The translations under genes were made by a program, and so were the position numbers. Under the pieces are notes generated by a model. The model saw nothing but the letters and a program-made list of their open reading frames with translations, made no database searches and had not been told where the DNA came from. This document shows, piece after piece, positions 38,743-47,811 of a DNA stretch of 64,000 nucleotides (position 1 is the first letter of the stretch; each line of letters starts with the position of its first letter). The stretch comes from Promethearchaeota archaeon (GTDB lineage Archaea > Asgardarchaeota > Lokiarchaeia > Sigyniarchaeales > SOKP01): NCBI GenBank assembly GCA_019058445.1, contig JAHPZA010000007.1:1-64000 (forward strand), read 5' to 3'.

Positions 38743-41571
38743 ATGATTTTTTTTTCTAAATATCTTATAATTCTCTTAGGTTTTTTAGTATTTTTTCTTC
38801 TCCTAACACCATTCTATTTAAGAATTAAGGAAAAGAGGGAGAAAACAAGAGCTTATGAACTATATTATTTGTTTCTAGGTATTTTGATATACATTTTTTC
38901 TTTTTTAGAAACAGTTATATATCCACTTTCGGATAATTCACCCTTTCTATTAATAATTGAATTAGAAATGGTTTTCATTTTATTTCTTTTCAACATACTG
39001 TATTATTTTAGTCAACAAAACGCTCAAGATGAATGGACTACTATTTTATATCTAAGTATTATCATTTTACTTTCTCACATAGTTATTTGTGGAATTTATT
39101 TATCATTTTTAGTAGGAACTATTATTTCTCTTTTCATTGCATTGTTAAGTTTTACTATCATAATTCCATATAATAAGGACTGGAAATTAAGAGGTAATCT
39201 CATTATTTTTTCCTTATTAATTTATTATTCACTTATAGAAAATATACTCTTTATCTCAATTATTTCATTTTGTATCACTATAACACTTGTTTCCCTTGTA
39301 CACGATGAGATCCGCTTAAGAATTGTAGCTGTATATCCGGGATTGATAATAATTCTTAAGCGTATAATCTTTAGACCTAAAATCCTTATGAATAAATTTA
39401 GCATTATTTCAGATATAGAAAAACCTAAGAATTTAAATACAAATAAAAAAGTTAAGTTTTTCCAAGTAAAAGTTAAAATAATCCAGAGAAAACTTGAACA
39501 AGAACAAGATCCGTTAAATCTATATCAATTGAATGAAAGAAGTTTTTTAATTGATCTTCTCCCAGTAAAAGCCACTTATGTTCTTGAAATTATATCTCAT
39601 AAAAAATTTTCCTTATCATTTATAACAAAACATAGGAATAAAGAAAAAGCTCACGAACAAGGTTTAACGATATTAACTAAATTAAAAAGTCTTTATGAGG
39701 GAATTGATGGGGAAATAAGCGTTATTAAAATCTCTAGCAAGGAAATCTACAAAAAGGATCGATATTGGGAAATTAAAATCCCCAAACCACCATTCATAGA
39801 GAAAATGACGTTTATTAGGGATATTATAAATCTTTTTGATTTAAATGAAGAAAAAATAGAGATTTATATCATGTGGAAGCGAGTCTCATCATTAAACCAA
39901 TTTAGAATAAAAAAAATACGAGAGGATGTAAGAAATATAAAATTTAATGATGCAGATGAGAAGGAGAATTTCTTAGAAATGTGGCAAGGAGATCTTTATA
40001 AATTGAGAATTTTTTTCACTTTCAAAGTCTTTGAAAAAGATGTCAGATTAAGAAATCAAAAAATCCGAGAAATTGAAGCCATGCTAAAGACTCTCGCTAT
40101 GTCAAGTAGAAATGAGACTAAGATAGCTAAAATTAAAAAAGCTTCACCTTTTGCAAATGCAAACATCATAAGTAATAGATTATATGGAGGTCGCTATATA
40201 ACATCTAAAAGCTTGGACTTTGATGTTCTTCATGGAATTCCTTTACCTCGATCTTACGCATTGGAAGATGAGAATATTATTAATTTGGATGTAGAAGACC
40301 ATGATTTAAATTATATTTTAATTGGAAATTATATTAGAAATGGACGGGTTTCAGAAAAAAAGATTCCAATTCATAAAAATATATTTAGTCAATCAGTTTT
40401 AATAGGTGGGCAACCGGGTTCAGGAAAGACTTACCTTTTGAGCCAAATTACAAAAGAATTTTATACCAAATGTCCAGATATTGGGATAATGATTATTAAT
40501 TTAGGAAAAGGGAATCAAGAATTACTTTACAAATTTGATAAAATTTATAAATATGGGAAATCAAATTTAAGAGTTCCTTATTTTATCAGGGGAAAATTTC
40601 CAAGAAGGAGTTTACAAGAAACTGCTAAGTATTTAGTTGCTGCGGTTGGGTTAAAAAACATTGTTGAGATAAATATGTTTAATGTAATGCAATTATTTGA
40701 ACAAAAAAGGGGACAGCCCAAAACTGCTAAAGTACTTTTTAATAATTTATTAAAATACTTTGAATTTCGACCATATCATTCCAAATTTCAAACAAATATC
40801 ATAAGAGCGATAGAAAATCGAGTTCTGAGTATGTTATCAGATATGAGACTAGAAAAAACATTAGAATTATATAATAATCCCTATAAAATGCCATCATGGT
40901 TTGAGGAATGGCGAAAGGGTAAAAAAGTATATATTGATTTATCTAGTTGCACAATCTATGAAAAAAGACTATTATGTAATGCAATTTTTCAAATTGTTCG
41001 ATCTTGTGTACCAGATAAGGAGGAAGGTAATCTAAAAAACATCATTCTTCTAGATGAAGCACATCAAATCTTAGAAAAGCCTTCTTTACCTGCTGATCCT
41101 GACGATGATGATTATATTAGCAGACAATCGTTAAAGGATATTTTTAATGAATTATTAAGGGAATTTCGTTCTAAGGGCGTTTCATTTATAATATCAGACC
41201 AAACACCATATACTTTATTCGATTGTGCGACAATATTGCCCAGTTTAAAATTTCTTTTCAGATTAGGACATTTATCGGCGTCTATTATGGGTTCAAATGA
41301 AAAAGAAGAAGCTCTTTTACCAGAACAAGAAAATAGACATTTTATCGTAGTAAACGGTGTAACTGGCGAAAAATATAGAGGAAAAACTCTTGATTTGCCC
41401 ATTCCAACAAGATTATATAATAAAAGGAAGCAATTTGAAAGGGAATATGAAAATACAAACAAATTTTGTCAATTTTGTCATCAGATCATAGATATTGATG
41501 CTGTTTTCTGTCATAGATGTGGGAGCAAATTAATTTATGATACCTTTATAAATTCAAATTCAAAATTATAG
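38743..41571 (+). CDS. Polytopic membrane-anchored HerA/FtsK/VirB4-superfamily ATPase with C-terminal zinc ribbon
   Basis: About 6-7 N-terminal TMs, GQPGSGKT, ILLDEAH, REFRSKG, SDQ, CxxC-CxxC; ATG 38743 preferred because the TTG at 38689 lies within the promoter. Confidence 0.85.
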   Translation: MIFFSKYLIILLGFLVFFLLLTPFYLRIKEKREKTRAYELYYLFLGILIYIFSFLETVIYPLSDNSPFLLIIELEMVFILFLFNILYYFSQQNAQDEWTTILYLSIIILLSHIVICGIYLSFLVGTIISLFIALLSFTIIIPYNKDWKLRGNLIIFSLLIYYSLIENILFISIISFCITITLVSLVHDEIRLRIVAVYPGLIIILKRIIFRPKILMNKFSIISDIEKPKNLNTNKKVKFFQVKVKIIQRKLEQEQDPLNLYQLNERSFLIDLLPVKATYVLEIISHKKFSLSFITKHRNKEKAHEQGLTILTKLKSLYEGIDGEISVIKISSKEIYKKDRYWEIKIPKPPFIEKMTFIRDIINLFDLNEEKIEIYIMWKRVSSLNQFRIKKIREDVRNIKFNDADEKENFLEMWQGDLYKLRIFFTFKVFEKDVRLRNQKIREIEAMLKTLAMSSRNETKIAKIKKASPFANANIISNRLYGGRYITSKSLDFDVLHGIPLPRSYALEDENIINLDVEDHDLNYILIGNYIRNGRVSEKKIPIHKNIFSQSVLIGGQPGSGKTYLLSQITKEFYTKCPDIGIMIINLGKGNQELLYKFDKIYKYGKSNLRVPYFIRGKFPRRSLQETAKYLVAAVGLKNIVEINMFNVMQLFEQKRGQPKTAKVLFNNLLKYFEFRPYHSKFQTNIIRAIENRVLSMLSDMRLEKTLELYNNPYKMPSWFEEWRKGKKVYIDLSSCTIYEKRLLCNAIFQIVRSCVPDKEEGNLKNIILLDEAHQILEKPSLPADPDDDDYISRQSLKDIFNELLREFRSKGVSFIISDQTPYTLFDCATILPSLKFLFRLGHLSASIMGSNEKEEALLPEQENRHFIVVNGVTGEKYRGKTLDLPIPTRLYNKRKQFEREYENTNKFCQFCHQIIDIDAVFCHRCGSKLIYDTFINSNSKL

Positions 41572-41584
41572 TAGGTAATATATT

Positions 41585-42271
41585 ATGAGTGAAATAAATA
41601 GTGATGAATATGAGGAATACGAGGAATATGAAGGAGAGCAAGATGAATCAGAAGAAAATGAACAAAATAAAGAACTTCAAGTGGATTATGGATATGATCA
41701 AGAAAAAGAACAAGAAGATAAACTTAAAGTAGATTATGGATACGATCAAGAAAAAGAACAAGAAGATAAGCTCCAAGTAGATTATGGATGCGATCAACAA
41801 GAAGAACAAAAAAAAAAAGATCATATTGATAAAAAAAATAATGAAATAAGATCAGAAGAAGATAAATTCAAATCAGAAAAAGGAGCTTTATTTGGAGGAG
41901 AAAAATCGAAGGAGAATTTATACAAGACTAATAATAATATTACAGAAAAGGATAAAATTAAGGATTTAGAAGAAAAAAAAAATGAGTCAGAAAACAAAAT
42001 AAAAAACCAGAAAAAACAAAGTTCTAAAGATAAAAGGGGTAAAAGAGGTAAAAGAGGCAGAAGAGGCAAGCGTGGACGTCGAGGGAAGAGTGGTAAGTCT
42101 AAAGGAGGTATGTTAGATTTTAGAACATTAAAAAAAGAGAAAAAGGAAGAGAAGAAAAAACGAGGAGTATTTAAGAAAACAGAGGAAGAAATAAAAGAAG
42201 AAATTAGAAAAGAAATATATAAACAACTTCAAGATGAACAAATTAAGAGAAAGGCAGGTATATTAAGATGA
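41585..42271 (+). CDS. Low-complexity bipolar protein (acidic N-terminus, basic C-terminus)
   Basis: SD AGGT; E/D-rich then K/R-rich; stop overlaps the next start (ATGA). Confidence 0.75.
   Translation: MSEINSDEYEEYEEYEGEQDESEENEQNKELQVDYGYDQEKEQEDKLKVDYGYDQEKEQEDKLQVDYGCDQQEEQKKKDHIDKKNNEIRSEEDKFKSEKGALFGGEKSKENLYKTNNNITEKDKIKDLEEKKNESENKIKNQKKQSSKDKRGKRGKRGRRGKRGRRGKSGKSKGGMLDFRTLKKEKKEEKKKRGVFKKTEEEIKEEIRKEIYKQLQDEQIKRKAGILR
41670..41810 (+). repeat. Three tandem 48-bp (16-aa) coding repeats
   Basis: LQVDYGYDQEKEQEDK-like unit x3. Confidence 0.85.
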
Positions 42272-43173
42272 AAAGAGGTCAATCTGTTTCAGAGGGATTA
42301 AAGCAATACAAAAAAACGATGTCAGAAAAATTTAGTGATTGGAAAGAAGATTCTTATGGGCCTTGGAAAGAAGAGACCTATAAGCCATGGAAAAAAGAAT
42401 TTTCTAAGAATGTGAAACGATTTAATAAACAATTCAAAAAGATGCTTGTCCGTTGGAAGAGGAATATGTTAGAAAAATATAAGCAATGGCGTAAGAATAA
42501 GGTAAAAAGAGAAGCAGGGTTGCAGATAAAAATAAAAAACATAGAAAAGGTGGAAATAGGGAATAAAAAGATCAATTACCATAATCATCTCAATTATTTC
42601 CCTTCAAATGAGGGGCCTACAGAATTTGAGTATCAGAATATTCGAGAGAGAAATACGTTTCCTGTAAGAAATCAATATCCGGAAATTGAAGATCGATATT
42701 ATTATGAGAAAACTGCATACAATTTGGATGAAGATATTAGATCACAGAAATATTTAGGATATGATCGAGGAAAGGGAATTCAAAAAAATGTTGATTTTAA
42801 TAGTTTATTTCGGGATTTTGCCCTAATTCAGGATTTACTGAGAACGAAATCACATCAAGAAATTTTTATTAAATGTCGTTATTTAATTGAGTCTTTTCTC
42901 GAGAAAATTGCGGATATGATTGGAATTCAATATAGAAATGTCCAACATTTCTTAGCAAGCTTAACAAATATGAATCTTAAGAGAAAATTCATATTCTATG
43001 ATGAGATTATTGGGTATACTAAGTTTTTAAATGCAAATCTACATAATGTAGATAGGTTCATGGCTCACTCAATTTATATCCTTACGAAAAGAATTATTAA
43101 CAAATTAGAAAGCATTTTGAGTAGAAAATCGAATAATAATTTTTATTCAGAATATGGAGAAATCTTTCATTAA
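42268..43173 (+). CDS. Hypothetical protein; Trp/Lys-rich N-terminus, possible degenerate HEPN (DUF4145-like) C-terminus
   Basis: CRYLIESFL and LNANLH resemble the R..LE and RNxxxH motifs. Confidence 0.55.
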   Translation: MKRGQSVSEGLKQYKKTMSEKFSDWKEDSYGPWKEETYKPWKKEFSKNVKRFNKQFKKMLVRWKRNMLEKYKQWRKNKVKREAGLQIKIKNIEKVEIGNKKINYHNHLNYFPSNEGPTEFEYQNIRERNTFPVRNQYPEIEDRYYYEKTAYNLDEDIRSQKYLGYDRGKGIQKNVDFNSLFRDFALIQDLLRTKSHQEIFIKCRYLIESFLEKIADMIGIQYRNVQHFLASLTNMNLKRKFIFYDEIIGYTKFLNANLHNVDRFMAHSIYILTKRIINKLESILSRKSNNNFYSEYGEIFH

Positions 43174-43288
43174 TACTCAACTGATTCAATTCAATTTTTT
43201 TTATTACTTATCTTTAAAGCTTGTTGTAGTTTAAATAATTTAAATCCAAATATAGAGTATATTATTTAGCTAAAATTATCAGATTATT

Positions 43289-43624
43289 ATGACTCAAGAA
43301 TATAAAAATTGTCCTCGTTGCAATGGGAAGAAGATTGTAGATTTAGATAACAAAATAAAATGTTTAGATTGTAAGTTAACGTTTGATAAAAAAATCATTA
43401 AGTTAATTGAAGATAAAGCATATATCTTGGCAAATGAGGAAAATGAGGAAATTCTTAAGGAAATATTAGATTCTAAAAATATTAATGAATTTATAGATTT
43501 GTTAAATGAAGTTGATGGAAATTTTTCACACTGCCCCTATTGTTTTGGAAAAATAGAAAAACAGCTTAAAATTTGTCCCTCTTGCGGAATTTTCTTAGAA
43601 GATTATGCAAAAATTAAGAATTAG
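43289..43624 (+). CDS. Double zinc-ribbon protein
   Basis: Four CxxC pairs. Confidence 0.75.
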   Translation: MTQEYKNCPRCNGKKIVDLDNKIKCLDCKLTFDKKIIKLIEDKAYILANEENEEILKEILDSKNINEFIDLLNEVDGNFSHCPYCFGKIEKQLKICPSCGIFLEDYAKIKN

Positions 43625-43685
43625 CAAAATTATGATAATTTATACTAATTTAGAATTTTAAATTTTCTTTCCAATGTAACACTAG

Positions 43686-43704
43686 TTTTGTCGGGATTTT
43701 TATA
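43686..43704 (+). promoter_or_regulatory. TCG-type BRE/TATA promoter, probably leaderless
   Basis: TTTTGTCGGGATTTTTATA ending 21 nt before the ATG at 43726. Confidence 0.6.
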
Positions 43705-43725
43705 GCTATATTTAGAACTAAATCG

Positions 43726-44340
43726 ATGATATCTCAGGAAAATTCAGATTCTTCGGACCCATTTTCCGTTTTTCAATCGGTAAATGACGCCATAGTGGGA
43801 ATATTAGTCCCATTTAACGAGATTTGTATCAATATTTTTCGTTTTGGAAACTGGATTTTATTTCTTATTTTTATATTTTTAGGAGTAAATCTATTAATGA
43901 GTGCCCATGAAAAAGAAACTGAAGAAAGAATTCACGGAAAAAACTTAGAGTATATTCAAAAAAGAGGTCGTATTGGATCTTTTATTTTAATTTTAATAGC
44001 CATTGGTTTCTTATTCAAAGGACTAACGATACTAACGATAATTAGCTTTAGTTCATTTTCAGCTCCGCCCGTTTTTCGATGGCTAAAATGTCAATATCTA
44101 TATAATAATATAAGTACGTTAGAGGACCTGAAAAAGTATGATGTCTTTGAAGTAAGTTTATTTCTATTTATTAGTTTAGTGTCTTTCATTTCAATAATTC
44201 TAATTAGTTTTGGTATTTATCTTCTTCTTTTTAATAAGAGAATTCTTAGAACACATTATAAAGCTTGTTCATTCATTGTTATTGGAGTTATTTTAGCTTG
44301 TATCTTTGGGATTACTCCAGGATTACTCCTAACTTTGTGA
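43726..44340 (+). CDS. 4-TM membrane protein, paralog of 47812..48429
   Basis: Four hydrophobic helices; shared AIG..F...PP.F..L and FG..P motifs. Confidence 0.75.
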   Translation: MISQENSDSSDPFSVFQSVNDAIVGILVPFNEICINIFRFGNWILFLIFIFLGVNLLMSAHEKETEERIHGKNLEYIQKRGRIGSFILILIAIGFLFKGLTILTIISFSSFSAPPVFRWLKCQYLYNNISTLEDLKKYDVFEVSLFLFISLVSFISIILISFGIYLLLFNKRILRTHYKACSFIVIGVILACIFGITPGLLLTL

Positions 44341-44379
44341 GATGTTCATAAAGGAATTATGATTTAAAGCTTAATATAA

Positions 44380-44904
44380 TTATGATTTTAATTGTTTTTC
44401 ATATAAATCTTTGATATATTCATTTAATTCTTTAAATTTCATTTCATTAATCGTCGTTAATTTATCTTCTTCCCAGTTAAAGGTAGTCATACTCTTATCT
44501 GGTTTATGGTTGAATTCTAAATCTTCATACTTAGGTACAAAATCCTCATTAAAATCCTCTTGATCCTTAAATTCATCATCTTCTTCTATAGTGTTATCAA
44601 TTGCCTCATATTCACTAAAAGATAACCTTTTTAGAAAAAAATATACTAAAATACAAAGAAAGATAAACACAAGATTACTTGGAATTACTGTTTCTGAGGT
44701 TAAAATTACATCTGTTTTATTATACAAATTAGGAAGTGAATTTAGGATATAAAAACTCACTGATAACAATATTAACACAGTTATTACGAGCTTTAATCTG
44801 TGAAATGTAGGTTGATAAGCTTGAACTTTATAGAAAACGGCTATTGAAATAGCTAAAGCTGTAGTTAAAATAACAAATGTTAAAAATAATTCGAATGTGA
44901 CCAT
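44380..44904 (-). CDS. 3-TM membrane protein with acidic tail
   Basis: Hydropathy pattern. Confidence 0.7.
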   Translation of the reverse strand: MVTFELFLTFVILTTALAISIAVFYKVQAYQPTFHRLKLVITVLILLSVSFYILNSLPNLYNKTDVILTSETVIPSNLVFIFLCILVYFFLKRLSFSEYEAIDNTIEEDDEFKDQEDFNEDFVPKYEDLEFNHKPDKSMTTFNWEEDKLTTINEMKFKELNEYIKDLYEKQLKS

Positions 44905-44972
44905 CTCTATCTTTTTCTCTTTATGATCCTATAAATCGCCTTATCGATATCAATTAATTATTTAAAATTAAG

Positions 44973-44988
44973 TATAAAAAGTTCGAGA
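44973..44988 (-). promoter_or_regulatory. TCG-type BRE/TATA promoter of 44380..44904
   Basis: TCTCGAACTTTTTATA on the minus strand. Confidence 0.5.
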
Positions 44989-45190
44989 TTTATCCATGGC
45001 AGTTATAAAAAGTAAGTAAATTTACTAAACCAGTTTTTTTTTTAAATTGAGAAATTTATATTTTTATAAGATTAGACTAATTAGATCTTTTTGTCGATAA
45101 TACTTCGATTTTATAATTTTCATTTTATTATTTTACAAATGAGCTAACAGTGAGATTAAATAGATTACATAGTTTTAAGTAATAAGCAAA

Positions 45191-46717
45191 TTAATCTTTA
45201 AAATAATTAAAAATAACTTTAAGAATTAAGTCTTTAAAACATTTTAACACTTTTTCCCCTTCTAACGCGCATACTGGATACACTACTAAAGAACCATCAG
45301 GATATTTAATTTCGTTAGGTAGATTTAAGATTCTTTTAAATATATCTAATGAAATCGCATTATCTAAATCTCTCTTATTTAGTTGCACGTTTATAGGGAC
45401 TCTGAGATGTCCAATGGTATTTATTAGTTCCTGAAAGCTTTGTTTGTTTTGTTCCATCTTGGAAGGATCAGAATCACCTATAAAAATCACTCCGTCAGCG
45501 CCCTCAAGGATCCGCCTGCGAGCTACCGAAAAATTTTCAAGGGCAGGAACAGTTACAATTTGAATAATTACCCCATATTTAGTATCCTCAATTTCAAACT
45601 TTAATAAAATATACTGAGAATCATGCCACAGTGTTGAACCGTTAGTGGTTTCAATGGAATATCCTTTGGTTAAATTCATAGATGAAAATTTTTTTTGTAG
45701 TAACTTAAAATTAGAGGTTTTTCCGGATTTAGAAGGGCCCCAAAAAATTATTCTAAATTGTAGGATTTCATCACAATTTTTTAAGCTTCGATTATCTTTA
45801 GCTTTTTCAATTTCATGATCTATATACTTAGTTAATTCTTTATATCGTTTCCTAATCGTAGCTTCGGTTACTCCAGCTGCTAAAGAAATTTCTTTTTGGG
45901 TTCTTCGTTCTCCCTCCTGTAGCGCAGCAAAATAGAGTGCCCCCCCAGCAAGCCCAGCAGGAGTTTTTCCGGCGGTGAGTCGATACTTTTTTGCTAAATT
46001 TAATATTTTCGTGGCACGATTTTTCGTATTTTCTGAGAGATTAAGATTAGCTGCAAATTTGGGAATATAACTTAAAGGTGAACTTGCATTAAGATTTAGC
46101 TTTAATTCTCTGAAGACAAGTCTATAACACCGGGCTAGTTTTTTTTTCTCAATAGCAGTAAATTCCAAAAAGTCTTCAATAATTTTGGGGACATTATTAA
46201 TTTTGCATGCTGTATAAATTGAAGCTATCACAATGGCCTCAATGGATCGACCTTTAGCAAGATGCATTACTTTTCTATAAATATGAGCTGAAGATTCCTT
46301 TAGATATTTTGGCAAATTCATTTGAGATGAGATTCTGTCTAATTGAGTCATTGCTTCCGCTAAGTTTTTCTCTTTAGGCGTATAAATCATCGATCTTTTA
46401 TTCCAAGTTCTTAGCCTTTTGATTTCTCCAATCATTTTCGGACTAATTTTGTTCCCTTTAGCATCTCGATTCGATTTTCCAATGACCGTGTTTAAACCTT
46501 TATCATATTGCATTAAATTCGTTGGAGCTCCGATTCTAACTTTTTTTGCCTTATCTTCTGAGTTAAAAGCACGCCAATCAACCCCAGAATTAATAAGATG
46601 TTGCTTAATTACCAATCCACATGCGTTACAAATGATTTCGCCGCGAAAAGCATCATTTATTAATATTTCATTCCCACATTCAGGACATATATCTGAAACT
46701 TTTTCTGCGACATTCAT
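45191..46717 (-). CDS. TFB paralog fused to a C-terminal MglA-like small GTPase
   Basis: Complete TFB (aa 1-300), then GPSKSGKT, GADGVIF, NKRD, CAL. Confidence 0.92.
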   Translation of the reverse strand: MNVAEKVSDICPECGNEILINDAFRGEIICNACGLVIKQHLINSGVDWRAFNSEDKAKKVRIGAPTNLMQYDKGLNTVIGKSNRDAKGNKISPKMIGEIKRLRTWNKRSMIYTPKEKNLAEAMTQLDRISSQMNLPKYLKESSAHIYRKVMHLAKGRSIEAIVIASIYTACKINNVPKIIEDFLEFTAIEKKKLARCYRLVFRELKLNLNASSPLSYIPKFAANLNLSENTKNRATKILNLAKKYRLTAGKTPAGLAGGALYFAALQEGERRTQKEISLAAGVTEATIRKRYKELTKYIDHEIEKAKDNRSLKNCDEILQFRIIFWGPSKSGKTSNFKLLQKKFSSMNLTKGYSIETTNGSTLWHDSQYILLKFEIEDTKYGVIIQIVTVPALENFSVARRRILEGADGVIFIGDSDPSKMEQNKQSFQELINTIGHLRVPINVQLNKRDLDNAISLDIFKRILNLPNEIKYPDGSLVVYPVCALEGEKVLKCFKDLILKVIFNYFKD

Positions 46718-46881
46718 TATAACTAACTTTTAACATCATATAAAATAGAAATTATAAAAAATACACGAAAATAGGTTAGACATCCAGGCTTTATTAAATT
46801 CAAGAAAATGTTTGTATAAAAACAAGTCACTAGAAAAAGTTTAAAATTTTTTCTTTAAATAGGCTTAAAATACAGAAGGAT

Positions 46882-47289
46882 ATGATTAAGACTGAAATAA
46901 GATATGAAAAATCGCTTGGAAGACTGAAATGTGATATTTGTGACACTAGATTTCGAGAAAACGCAAGGATTTATAAAGTTAATAATGACATAGGGTATGT
47001 TTGCCAACAATGCAATGATAATTTTTCTAAGGAAGATATATATCTGATTATAGACTTGTTTAAATCTTATGGCGGGTATTTTGGGAAATTCGATGATATA
47101 AAATTATCCTTAGATAATATTTTAACGGAATTTTATGATAGAATTTCGGCTGACGGTAATTTAAAAAACACTTTCGAATATAATAGGAAATTATGTCATA
47201 AAGCACTGCTAAATGGCTATACCCCTAAACAGCTTATTCAAAAAATGAAAGTTCCAAAAAATTATAAACTTAAAAAACGCACCATTTAG
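46882..47289 (+). CDS. Zinc-finger hypothetical protein
   Basis: CDIC...CQQC; divergent from the TFB fusion. Confidence 0.7.
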   Translation: MIKTEIRYEKSLGRLKCDICDTRFRENARIYKVNNDIGYVCQQCNDNFSKEDIYLIIDLFKSYGGYFGKFDDIKLSLDNILTEFYDRISADGNLKNTFEYNRKLCHKALLNGYTPKQLIQKMKVPKNYKLKKRTI

Positions 47290-47462
47290 ATAGATATTGC
47301 TTGCTTAAATCACTAGACCTGTGAACTCATATAAATTAAATTACCAATAAAATTTGGTTTGATACCCCTTTTGACAGAAATATTTGAGTTTAAATAATCA
47401 TCAAAACAAATATTGATAGTTTAAATTAGATTTGAATATTTAAAAGTTCAAATTTAACTTTT

Positions 47463-47727
47463 ATGGTGGGAGAATATCTCAAAATCAATCAATTTTCATG
47501 ACTTAATTGAATCAGAAAAGATCTTACCTCCAATACAATTTAAATTGATTAAAGCCTTAATATTTAAAGGACCATTAACGAGAAAAGAATTATCAATTGA
47601 GCTCAATATTCCTCGGAGTACCATTTACGACAATTTAAAGAAACTTGAAAAGCGGAACGTTGTTATAAAATACATATTAATAGAAGGTAAACAAGGGCGT
47701 CCTCCTGTCTTTTGGCAAATCAAATGA
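47463..47727 (+). CDS. TrmB-like winged-HTH regulator, paralog of 56530..56784, with a disrupted 5' reading frame
   Basis: PIQ..LIKAL..GP.TR.EL...LN.PR.TIYDNL.KL; the ATG at 47463 is out of frame with the body. Confidence 0.7.
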
Positions 47728-47811
47728 ACTCAAAATTAGTTTTAACTAATTATCTTTTATTTTTTTTTAGTTTAAATAATTACTTTACAAATTAAAAATG
47801 AGGTATTTAAT

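Noticed and set aside
41670-41810. CRISPR-like repeats
   Set aside because: In-frame coding tandem repeats without unique spacers; no cas genes
47496-47524. Confident BHB mRNA intron in the HTH gene
   Set aside because: The best-pairing BHB registers do not restore the frame; kept only as one option in the finding
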